Shown: piece by piece, positions 38,876-47,719 of the stretch
Position numbering within the stretch: position 1 is the stretch's first letter
Layout: every line of letters begins with the position of its first letter
Assembly: GCA_964529025.1 (NCBI GenBank)
Contig: CAZGUZ010000001.1
Coordinates: 6,163-70,162 of the forward strand
DNA: 64,000 nucleotides
Direction: 5' to 3'
Origin: an uncultured Candidatus Saccharibacteria bacterium
GTDB taxonomy: Bacteria; Patescibacteriota; Minisyncoccia; Phycocordibacterales; PALSA-1337
Made by a program: the position numbers and the translations under genes
Notes under the pieces: generated by a model
Database searches by the model: none
What the model was told of the DNA's origin: nothing
What the model saw: only the letters and a program-made list of their open reading frames with translations

Positions 38876-39448
38876 CTATGCAAGCCCGGACACCACCTTT
38901 TGTTCATGACTCACACCGGCGCCGCCCCCTACAGGAATAAGGTCGAAGCCGAAGTCAGCCTCGATCACTTGCGCCAGTCGCAAGGAATCATTGAGACCCT
39001 TGAAACCGAGACGAGCTGTTGGCAATGAGGTAATTACCGGCATACCATGCTCAACATGCGCCCTCAAGCCAAGCTTGAGTGATTCGAAATCCCTCGGCCA
39101 CTCGCCGTCACCGAAGACTTCTTTGCACCGCTTGGCAATACGGAACCAGCGATGCGAGTTTGCGAACGGAGTGAATACAGGGATCACGAAAAGTGAACTC
39201 ACTGGCCACATCGAGAGAAAGCCGGCAATGGCACCGAATCCCAGCGCCATATTAACCGCACCACACATGCGTGCAATGTAATAAACTGCAACAGCCAGGC
39301 TGATGCACATCACCACAGGACCGATAATACCTGCCCAGATGAGCCAAACCGAGGGTGGCTTGCGAAATCTTGCAACTCCGCAAGGCGCAAGAACCTCCCC
39401 GATTGTTGCATCTGCCTTCTTGCACAATTCAACTTCTTCTGTTGTCAT
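38876..39448 (-). CDS. Orphan two-TM membrane protein
   Basis: Two hydrophobic segments; TTGACA-17-TATCCT promoter upstream; GC-richer than its flanks. Confidence 0.6.
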   Translation of the reverse strand: MTTEEVELCKKADATIGEVLAPCGVARFRKPPSVWLIWAGIIGPVVMCISLAVAVYYIARMCGAVNMALGFGAIAGFLSMWPVSSLFVIPVFTPFANSHRWFRIAKRCKEVFGDGEWPRDFESLKLGLRAHVEHGMPVITSLPTARLGFKGLNDSLRLAQVIEADFGFDLIPVGGGAGVSHEQKVVSGLA

Positions 39449-39615
39449 ACAGTAACCAAATAAATGTTCCAACATCAACACGGATACACAATATATACGC
39501 GTTGTTACTAAAAATTAGGATACTACATAATATTAACTGTGTCAATAATTATAGCCCCTCGCTCAACTGCATCGCTCTGGCGAATCACCTAACATATGCT
39601 ATAGTAACCCTACAT

Positions 39616-41634
39616 ATGAACACTCATTCTTCGCCTCAACCGGCAGCTGCACACAACAATTCTCACCAACGTCAAACACCTTCTAACCCAACACTCATTC
39701 AAGGAATCATCACAACAACCCGCAAAGGAATGGGCTTTGTTGATAATCCAGCCGATGCAGAAAACGATATCGTAATCGAGGCCGGCAACCTTAACACCGC
39801 TCTTCATGGTGACCTTGTACAAGTATCACTTTTTCCTAAGCGCAAAAGCGGCAATAAAGATTTTGAGCAAACCGGTGAAGTCATTAAAATCTTAGAGCGA
39901 GCTCGCACAGAATTTGTAGGCACAGTTGAATCTGAACGCGGTCTTGTTTTTGTTACCCCTGACGAAAGAAAATCGTATACCGATTTTGTTGTTCCTGCAG
40001 ATAAAACTCTTGGGGCAGTTAACGGAGACAAGGTTGTTGTTAAACTTATTTCATGGACTGATGCAAAAAAGAGTCCTCAAGGAGAAATAGTTCGTGTCAT
40101 TGGTAAAAAAGGAATTAACGATGTAGAGATGGAGGCTATCGTGCTTGAAAGTGGTTTTGATACTCGCTACCCCGCCCCCGTTATCGAAGAAGCCGAGAAG
40201 CTTGCTCAAACACAGATTCCAATTCCTCAGAACGAAATTGCTCGTCGCCGTGATATGCGCAATGTTCTTACTGTAACTATTGACCCTATCGACGCCAAAG
40301 ACTTTGACGATGCAATTTCTTTTGTTGAGACAGGCACAAAAACATCTGACGGTTTAGATATTTACGAGATTGGCGTGCATATTGCCGATGTTTCGCACTA
40401 TGTACAAGAAGGCACAGCTCTTGATGAAGAAGCACAAGCTCGAGGCTGCTCTATTTATCTTGTTGACCGAACTATTCCTATGCTACCTGAGGTTCTTTCA
40501 AACGGTCTCTGTAGTCTTAATCCTCATGAAGACAAGCTTACTTTCTCTGCAGTTTTTATGATGGATATTCGTGGTCGTGTTCATGATCGCTGGTTTGGTC
40601 GCACTGTAATCAATTCAAATCGCCGCTTTACCTATGAAGAAGCTCAAGAATGTCTCGAAACCAAAGCTGGTGATTTCGCCAAAGAATTAATTACCCTTAA
40701 TACCATTGCCAAAGAACTCCAAAAAGAGAAATTTAATAAAGGAGCAATCGAATTTGAGCAAGATGAAATTAAGTTCAAGCTTGATGAAACTGGAAAGCCA
40801 ATTGGTGTATACAAAAAAGTACGTAAAGATGCTCATAAGCTTGTCGAAGAATACATGCTTCTTGCAAACCGCGAAGTAGCAAAATTTATTTACTCAGAGA
40901 TCAAGCGTAAAGGTCATAAAGACACTGGCTCAATTTATCGAATCCACGATGTTCCCGACAAGGATCGCATTGCTGATCTGGGAATTTTTGTGCGCGCTCT
41001 TGGCTACAGCCTCAATACTGATAAAGAAATTACTGCCCACGACCTCAAAAAACTCCTTAAGCAAATTGAAGGAACTCAGCATGAAGATCTTATTCGAACA
41101 GCAACAATTCGATCAATGCAAAAAGCTATCTATTCAACCAAAAATATTGGGCACTTTGGTCTAGCTTTTGATTATTACACACACTTCACTTCGCCAATTC
41201 GTCGTTACCCTGACCTTCTTGTACAGAGAATTCTTCATAAGCATCTTGCTGGCGAACCTTTCGGCGATCGTGATGCAGTTCGCTTTGAAAGTATTGCTCA
41301 AAAATCAACACGACGCGAAATCGACGCAGCGGACGCAGAGCGAACATCAATCAAGCTCAAGCAAGTTGAGTTTATGGCGCAGCACATTGGTAAAAAATTT
41401 ACCGGTACCATTTCTGGTGTTACTGAATGGGGTATTTACATTGAAGATGTCGACACTCGTTGCGAAGGAATGGTAAAGATCCGTGATCTTGGTGATGATT
41501 TCTATGAGTTCAATAAAAAGACCTATTCAATTACTGGCAAGAAATCAGGCAAAAAGTATACCTTGGGTGATAAAGTAACCTACACCGTTGTAGCCGCAAA
41601 CCTCGAAACTCGCACACTGGATTATAAAATATAA
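39616..41634 (+). CDS. rnr: Ribonuclease R
   Basis: TIDPIDAKDFDDAIS, HIADVSHYV, YTHFTSPIRRYPDL, C-terminal S1; start at ATG 39616. Confidence 0.96.
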   Translation: MNTHSSPQPAAAHNNSHQRQTPSNPTLIQGIITTTRKGMGFVDNPADAENDIVIEAGNLNTALHGDLVQVSLFPKRKSGNKDFEQTGEVIKILERARTEFVGTVESERGLVFVTPDERKSYTDFVVPADKTLGAVNGDKVVVKLISWTDAKKSPQGEIVRVIGKKGINDVEMEAIVLESGFDTRYPAPVIEEAEKLAQTQIPIPQNEIARRRDMRNVLTVTIDPIDAKDFDDAISFVETGTKTSDGLDIYEIGVHIADVSHYVQEGTALDEEAQARGCSIYLVDRTIPMLPEVLSNGLCSLNPHEDKLTFSAVFMMDIRGRVHDRWFGRTVINSNRRFTYEEAQECLETKAGDFAKELITLNTIAKELQKEKFNKGAIEFEQDEIKFKLDETGKPIGVYKKVRKDAHKLVEEYMLLANREVAKFIYSEIKRKGHKDTGSIYRIHDVPDKDRIADLGIFVRALGYSLNTDKEITAHDLKKLLKQIEGTQHEDLIRTATIRSMQKAIYSTKNIGHFGLAFDYYTHFTSPIRRYPDLLVQRILHKHLAGEPFGDRDAVRFESIAQKSTRREIDAADAERTSIKLKQVEFMAQHIGKKFTGTISGVTEWGIYIEDVDTRCEGMVKIRDLGDDFYEFNKKTYSITGKKSGKKYTLGDKVTYTVVAANLETRTLDYKI

Positions 41635-41666
41635 AAACACCCGGCTTAGTTGTTGTAGTTTTACAT

Positions 41667-41777
41667 AACAAAATACTATTTGTATGAAAGGGCTAGTAAA
41701 GGCACGCAGGTGCCTTTACTCGAAGATAATTTCAACCATGAAATTATCTGTACCTTATATACAAATAGTATTTTGTT
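41667..41777. repeat. 111-bp MITE/REP-like element with 19-bp terminal inverted repeats and two internal hairpins
   Basis: AACAAAATACTATTTGTAT (41667-41685) pairs with ATACAAATAGTATTTTGTT (41759-41777); two internal 11-bp stems. Confidence 0.75.
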
Positions 41778-41780
41778 TTG

Positions 41781-44048
41781 CTATTTAGCCACCCTTACCG
41801 CTTCATCAAACTGAATCGAAAGAAGTTTAGAACCACCATCATTCCCCATTGTCACACCGTAAAGAATACCTGCTCGAGACATAGTTTCGCGATTATGCGT
41901 AATTACAATAAGCTGCGAGAGCTGGGATAGGCTTTCTACCATATCGCCATACTTGCGTGAATTTGCTTCATCGAGCGCTGCATCTGTTTCATCAAGAATA
42001 ATAAATGGTGGAGGATTTACTTGTGACAAAGCAAAGAGCAGTGCTATAGAGGTAAGCGCTCGCTCCCCACCTGAGAGCATCATAAGACCCTTAACCTTTT
42101 TGCGAGGCAAAGAAACTGAAATATCAATTCCTTGCGGACCTTGTGCATCTTCTGCTGCATCGCTCTCGGGAATATTTTCTGAACCTGCATCGAGTAATTC
42201 TTTAAGGGCAGATTTTGAACGCTTTGTTGGCTGTACGAGCGTAAGTGATGCTGCTCCGCCGCCAAACATCATAGTAAAGAAATGTTGGAATTGGGTATTT
42301 ATCTTAAGGAGGCCATCCGTAAATTCAAGGTTAAGGCGAGCATCAAGATCAGCAATAATATGCTCGAGTGAAATGCGTGCTTTTTCAAGATCGGTAATTT
42401 CACGCAATAAAAAGGCATCGCGCTCTTCAGTGTCTTTATGTTCTTTAAGAATTTCGCTTGTTCCGCCAACACCAGCGTCTTCGAGGCGAATCTTAAGGCG
42501 CTCCAAAGCCTTCTTTCTATCTTCTTGTACAGAGCGAGGTTCACTCATAATTAAGCTCGTGTCGATAGCTACACTTTCATAATCAATTGCGTCTCGGCCA
42601 CCTAGAACATATGCTTCTTTGAGCTCATTTGCAAAAGCATCTTTTTCTTGAAGAACTCTTTGTTCGCGCGCTTTAAGGGTAGCAAGAATTGTGCGGACTT
42701 CATTAAGTTCGGCCATATACTTAAATACATTCTTTTCGGCTTCACGGTTCGAATCTTTTTCTTTTTCTATTGCCTGCTGAACATCGCGATACCGTGCTTC
42801 GGCAGTAATTTGTCGCTCTTTAATTTCTTGCGTATGAGATTCGAGCTCGCTACGTTTTTTCATATAGCTATCAACTTCTTTCTCGGCATCTGCAATGCGC
42901 GAAGTGTCAATTTTTTCTGAATGTTCTTCGACAAAACTTGTAACAGCACCATGAACATGTTTAAGAGCACCCTCAAAAGATTCAAGGGTGCGATTCTTAA
43001 GAGCGGCATCAATTGCTTGGTGAATAGAACGAACAACATTGCGAACATCAGCCATGCGCACAGTACGAGTATCATCGTGTCGCATACGTTCGCGTTCTTT
43101 ATCGATACTGCGTTTAAGTGCCTCGATTTCGCCATCGAGCTTTCCTGCTTCGCGCATTACCATATCATGCTTCATGCGCAAATCGTGTAGATCTTTTTCT
43201 ACTGCAATGAGTTCATCGCTTTTAACATCGCGCCTTTCCATATGCTCAAGTTGTGAGCGAGCTTGGTCAAGCTTTTTAATGAGCTCAGCTTCTTGGTGCT
43301 GTGGTTGTTTGAGTTCTTCGCGAACATGATTAAGCGACTCGTTAATATAAACGTCTTCGCGCTTTAAGTACTCTTTCATGCGACTGCGGAATTCTTGGCG
43401 CAATTCTTCTGTCTTATGAATCTTCTCTACTTGCTTGGCCAAAAACTTAAGGTGTGGAGCGATTTCCCTGCGTAATGACTCTACCTCTTTCATATTACTC
43501 AAAGTTTTTTCGAGCTTCTTCTGACTTTCGAGTTTTTTGTATTGGTAAACACGAAGCCCTAAAGCATCTTCAATCATTTGTCGGCGCTCGTGGATATTTG
43601 ATGACAAAATTCTATCAGCTTCACCTTGTGAAATTATGTGGTGGCCAGAAGAACCAATGTGTGCCCCAGCTAAAAGCTCTACAATATCCTTAAGGCGAAC
43701 AGCACTGCCATTTAAAAAATATTCATTTGAATTATCACGATGAACAACGCGCTCAATTACAACCTCATCAAAATCAAGAGCAAGTTTGCGTGACGTATTA
43801 TCAAAAACTAATTTTACAGAAGCGCGATTAACTCGTGAACCATCACTGCCGGTAAAGATAAGGTCTTCGCCGCGTTTTCCACGCATTGATTTTACCGATT
43901 GCTCACCCAAAGCAAATCTAAAAGCTTCGGCAACATTTGATTTTCCCGAACCATTAGGACCAACAATAGCAGAAATCGGCGCCGAAAATTTGAGCGACGC
44001 TTTTTTGGCAAAAGATTTAAAGCCTGAGATTTCGAGCTCTTTAAGCAT
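41781..44048 (-). CDS. smc: Short SMC-family ATPase (apparently hinge-less)
   Basis: GFKSF, GPNGSGKSN, ISQG, LSGGE, LDETDAALD, ITH; only 755 aa. Confidence 0.88.
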   Translation of the reverse strand: MLKELEISGFKSFAKKASLKFSAPISAIVGPNGSGKSNVAEAFRFALGEQSVKSMRGKRGEDLIFTGSDGSRVNRASVKLVFDNTSRKLALDFDEVVIERVVHRDNSNEYFLNGSAVRLKDIVELLAGAHIGSSGHHIISQGEADRILSSNIHERRQMIEDALGLRVYQYKKLESQKKLEKTLSNMKEVESLRREIAPHLKFLAKQVEKIHKTEELRQEFRSRMKEYLKREDVYINESLNHVREELKQPQHQEAELIKKLDQARSQLEHMERRDVKSDELIAVEKDLHDLRMKHDMVMREAGKLDGEIEALKRSIDKERERMRHDDTRTVRMADVRNVVRSIHQAIDAALKNRTLESFEGALKHVHGAVTSFVEEHSEKIDTSRIADAEKEVDSYMKKRSELESHTQEIKERQITAEARYRDVQQAIEKEKDSNREAEKNVFKYMAELNEVRTILATLKAREQRVLQEKDAFANELKEAYVLGGRDAIDYESVAIDTSLIMSEPRSVQEDRKKALERLKIRLEDAGVGGTSEILKEHKDTEERDAFLLREITDLEKARISLEHIIADLDARLNLEFTDGLLKINTQFQHFFTMMFGGGAASLTLVQPTKRSKSALKELLDAGSENIPESDAAEDAQGPQGIDISVSLPRKKVKGLMMLSGGERALTSIALLFALSQVNPPPFIILDETDAALDEANSRKYGDMVESLSQLSQLIVITHNRETMSRAGILYGVTMGNDGGSKLLSIQFDEAVRVAK

Positions 44049-44083
44049 GGATATATTGTACCATGTGTATTAAACACCTACCC

Positions 44084-44833
44084 CTACCACGCTTTCACTT
44101 CGAGTGCTTTTTCTGCAGCTTTTTGCTCTGCTTCTTGTTTTGACATTCCTGAACCTGTAGCCACCTGAACATCACCTAAAAATACACCGAGGGTAAACTG
44201 CTTATTATGATCAGGTCCCATTTCTTTGAGAGTTCTATATGATGGTGTTATTCCCGTCATTTCTTGAGCCTTTTCTTGGAATCGGCTCTTTGCATCGAGC
44301 CAGAGCTTCTTTTTAATAATGGTGTCGATATCGATATATGAAAGAATAAACTTTTCAATAAAGTTACCTGCTCCACCAAAACCCTGATCAAGATATATTG
44401 CTCCAATAACTGCTTCTACTGCATCAGCAAGGATAATTGAGCGTGCTCGGCCTTGGTCTTTTGCTTCGCCTCGCGACAAAAGCATATAGTTATTAATACC
44501 AATATGCTGTGCCACCTTAGACAAACTTACGGTATTAACAAGGGCAGAACGATATGCAGTTAAATCGCCCTCTGCTCTGTCGGGAAACTTTTGATACAAA
44601 AAGATTGTAACTACAAGTTCCAGCACTGCATCTCCTAAAAATTCAAGGCGTTCATTGTGCACTAAACGAGCACCGCGATTTTCATTGAGATATGAGCGGT
44701 GTGTACAAGCAGTCTTAAGCAAATCGAGCGACTTAAAATGAACGCCGAGCTTTGTTGCTAATGCTTCGAAATCAGGCATATGTCCTCGCGGACCTCGAGC
44801 ACCCCGTGATTTTTTTTCTCCTCCTGTTGCCAT
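44084..44833 (-). CDS. rnc: Ribonuclease III
   Basis: HNERLEFLGDAVL, ADAVEAVIGAIYLD, C-terminal dsRBD. Confidence 0.97.
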   Translation of the reverse strand: MATGGEKKSRGARGPRGHMPDFEALATKLGVHFKSLDLLKTACTHRSYLNENRGARLVHNERLEFLGDAVLELVVTIFLYQKFPDRAEGDLTAYRSALVNTVSLSKVAQHIGINNYMLLSRGEAKDQGRARSIILADAVEAVIGAIYLDQGFGGAGNFIEKFILSYIDIDTIIKKKLWLDAKSRFQEKAQEMTGITPSYRTLKEMGPDHNKQFTLGVFLGDVQVATGSGMSKQEAEQKAAEKALEVKAW

Positions 44834-44844
44834 ATATACTTATA

Positions 44845-45756
44845 TTATTTCTTCCCTTCTACGTGCTTTGAAACAAGCATAATTGCTTTAGTAACAATAG
44901 GAAGAATATCGTTATAAAAATTTAATTCGAGAATGTCCGAAAGCTTAAACCAGCGTGCATCATCAAGACCGCCACTTGTACCCAGAGTAATTGGATCGAA
45001 GAAAGATTCTGCTAAAAAGTAGTGAACCTGTTTTCGAATCTTACCTTTTTCTGGATCTGAGGCTACATATTCATTACTTCCCAAATCTTCTTTAATGGTA
45101 ATATCAAGGCCCATTTCTTCTTTAATTTCGCGAATGGTTCCTGTGCGAACATCTTCTTCTGCTTCGATTTTTCCTTTCGATAGAGTCCAGTGGCCAAATA
45201 TATCATGAACAAGGGCTAAGTATGTTTCGCCTTGGTGTTGCGCATATACCACTGCTCCGCCGAGTTTTTGAATTGGCATTTGCTCAAAAGGAACATCTTT
45301 TGGACGCTTCTTTTTTGGTTCAGCATCTTTACCAGGTTCACCGAGTTCTTTATACACAGATCCCAAGACTCCGTTAACAAACTTTCCACTGTTTTCTCCG
45401 CCGAAAGTTTTTGCAAGCTCAATAGCTTCGTTAATTGCAACTTTTGCTGGCACTTCGTTGCGGTCTGAGAATAGAAGTTCGTAAAGACCGATACGAAGAA
45501 TATTTCTGTCTGAAATTGAAATCTTATCGATGGGCCATTCAGGGGCAGCTTTTTCAATTACAGCGTCGAGATCTTTGCGCTTAGCAGCAATACCCTGTGT
45601 AAGGGTTTCCATAAATGAAAGATCGCCCATACCAGGAGCAAATTCCTCGGCATTACGGGCGATGCTTTCTTTGAGTACTTCAAGTGAATAACCTCTAAAA
45701 TCCCACTCGAAAAGTGTTTGCATTACTATCGATCGAGAAAGATGTCTATTGGCCAT
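44845..45756 (-). CDS. nusB: NusB fused to a C-terminal Nudix hydrolase
   Basis: DRNILRIG.YE, VAINEAIELAKTFG, FVNGVLG, then KGKIEAEEDVRTGTIREIKEEMG Nudix box. Confidence 0.93.
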   Translation of the reverse strand: MANRHLSRSIVMQTLFEWDFRGYSLEVLKESIARNAEEFAPGMGDLSFMETLTQGIAAKRKDLDAVIEKAAPEWPIDKISISDRNILRIGLYELLFSDRNEVPAKVAINEAIELAKTFGGENSGKFVNGVLGSVYKELGEPGKDAEPKKKRPKDVPFEQMPIQKLGGAVVYAQHQGETYLALVHDIFGHWTLSKGKIEAEEDVRTGTIREIKEEMGLDITIKEDLGSNEYVASDPEKGKIRKQVHYFLAESFFDPITLGTSGGLDDARWFKLSDILELNFYNDILPIVTKAIMLVSKHVEGKK

Positions 45757-45806
45757 TTTTTTGAAGAACTACTGCATTTAAACTTTATAATACTGTAAGT
45801 GTATCG

Positions 45807-45992
45807 CTACTCGGCTTTTGAGGCAATGTCGAGAACCTTGCGACCTCGGTACATGCCTGTTTTGAGGCAGACGTGGTGTCGAAGATGTGCTACACCAGTG
45901 TCTTTGGCAACAGTTGTACGTGTTGCATCTAAAGCATGATGTGAGCGTCGATTGTCCCGGTGTGCCCGGTTAGCACGCATTCTGTTTACCAT
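45807..45992 (-). CDS. rpmF: 50S ribosomal protein L32
   Basis: RRSHHAL...HLRHHVC...GMYRGRKV; located upstream of nusB-rnc. Confidence 0.9.
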   Translation of the reverse strand: MVNRMRANRAHRDNRRSHHALDATRTTVAKDTGVAHLRHHVCLKTGMYRGRKVLDIASKAE

Positions 45993-46154
45993 AGTGATGC
46001 TATATTACATCATTTTGTATGAATGTGCAAGCACTTAAATAAGTTAACTGCGAGTATCAAAATAAACCAGGCTTTTGCTAAAAATATACAAAAGAAAGAG
46101 CCAGCGTCCGGTTAAGAAACGCTGGCTTTTTGTGCCGCCCCGTAGGGGCGGTTG

Positions 46155-46925
46155 TTATTTCGGTGGTTGCGGAGTTGTCTTGATTCTACGTCTAACAACA
46201 TATTCCGCAGCGTGGGTTGGGTCGCCAGCAAGATCTTTGAACTCCGGTTGACTCAGAAGCCCTTCGTATTCTTGTGCAACTCTACCCGTTGTCTCAAGGC
46301 GTGACAGTAGTCGTAGTGTTTGTAGCACCGCGACTGTGTGTGCCACTGGCCCGTGGCAGGACTGCATTTGACCAACAAGCTTTCCTGCCTCAACCCAATT
46401 TGGCGGCTGAAGTTCTTCTGATCGCCTGGTTCCTCGATCAGAATCAGTAATAACTTGTTTTCGTAGCGATGAATCGATTCTTGGTGTCGCCACGAATGCA
46501 AAAACATTCTTTTGATGGAGCGAAGCGCCTAATGCGCTTACGTCAGCCTTAACGCACCACGATATGATCGGGGTGAGTTCAGAACTTACTGACCCAAGAT
46601 CTTCTGAACTCGCATCAATAGGGTGCAGTAATTCTACGAAAACCACACCCTGAACAAATACCTCAGTCTCGAGGCACCGAGTGACCACTGCAGCCGGATC
46701 TTCGGGCTTCTCCAAATTCAGATCCGCAGCCGACTTTCCAGACTCTGATGGTAATTGGATTCTGGTCCTCTTAGACCAGCCCATTCTCGATTCCGAGACG
46801 AAAGCGAGCACTTCTACTCGCCCTTCGTTTGTAATCCTCACAATGCAGCAAATTGCTGCTGACGAGGAGACTTTCGATGGGGGCGCGCCATCATTTGATG
46901 CATTCGCCCCCTCGTTCGGTGTCAT
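46155..46925 (-). CDS. Orphan protein with a degenerate Nudix-like box
   Basis: AAICCIV...VEVL...IQLPSESG...EDPAAVVTRCLETEV; TTGACT-17-TATTTT upstream, double hairpin downstream; start uncertain. Confidence 0.55.
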   Translation of the reverse strand: MTPNEGANASNDGAPPSKVSSSAAICCIVRITNEGRVEVLAFVSESRMGWSKRTRIQLPSESGKSAADLNLEKPEDPAAVVTRCLETEVFVQGVVFVELLHPIDASSEDLGSVSSELTPIISWCVKADVSALGASLHQKNVFAFVATPRIDSSLRKQVITDSDRGTRRSEELQPPNWVEAGKLVGQMQSCHGPVAHTVAVLQTLRLLSRLETTGRVAQEYEGLLSQPEFKDLAGDPTHAAEYVVRRRIKTTPQPPK

Positions 46926-47032
46926 ATTACTCTTTCTAATCCGCCGAAGCAGATTGGGGGTTATGTCAGATTTCTCCAACAGATTGCATCTGTACAGAAA
47001 ATAACACGACTTGCTTTATGAGTCAAGTATTT

Positions 47033-47674
47033 TTAAGACACTAACTTAATGTTGCCATTGAGCCTTTTAAGGAACGTAATTCTGTGAATTTTTGACATGC
47101 CATGCTTGTCTAAAGCAGCGTAGTGCATTCGAGTTCCATAGCCTTTGTGAATTTCAAAACTATACTGTGGATACTTGCGTGCACTACGAATCATATATGT
47201 ATCGCGATGCACTTTTGCAGCAATAGAAGCAAGAGCTATGCTCATAAAACGAGCATCGCCTTTAATATAGGTATTCTGCGAGGTAAATTCTTTTGGAGCA
47301 TATAAGCCGCCGTCGAGTTGTATGTGAACAGTGTCTTTATGCACTCGGGCCTTTTGTATCACTTTTAACAAAGAGCTTTTAAGTGCTTTTTTAATTGCCG
47401 GATTAATACCGTGCGTATCAATATACTGCGAGGAAACCATCGTAGTAGAAAATGCAATGATTCCCTCTTGCTCTGCATTGAGCATATAGGCAAGCCATTC
47501 TTTTCTTTGAGGCTCTGTTAATTGCTTTGATTCGCGCACACTCTTAAAAAGCTTATTCGCCCGCCGGCTATTGTGTATCAAGCATGCACCGACACATACC
47601 GGCCCGGCTATTGGCCCGCGGCCGACTTCATCAATACCAATGATGTACCGAAGTTTCTTTGATACATGTCTCAT
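47033..47674 (-). CDS. rnhB: Ribonuclease HII
   Basis: GIDEVGRGPIAGPV, ESKQL, KGD, IALASIAAKVHRD, HKGYGT. Confidence 0.96.
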   Translation of the reverse strand: MRHVSKKLRYIIGIDEVGRGPIAGPVCVGACLIHNSRRANKLFKSVRESKQLTEPQRKEWLAYMLNAEQEGIIAFSTTMVSSQYIDTHGINPAIKKALKSSLLKVIQKARVHKDTVHIQLDGGLYAPKEFTSQNTYIKGDARFMSIALASIAAKVHRDTYMIRSARKYPQYSFEIHKGYGTRMHYAALDKHGMSKIHRITFLKRLNGNIKLVS

Positions 47675-47719
47675 AGAGCGTAGTATCACATATATGTATA
47701 AATTTGCTATACTACGCAT

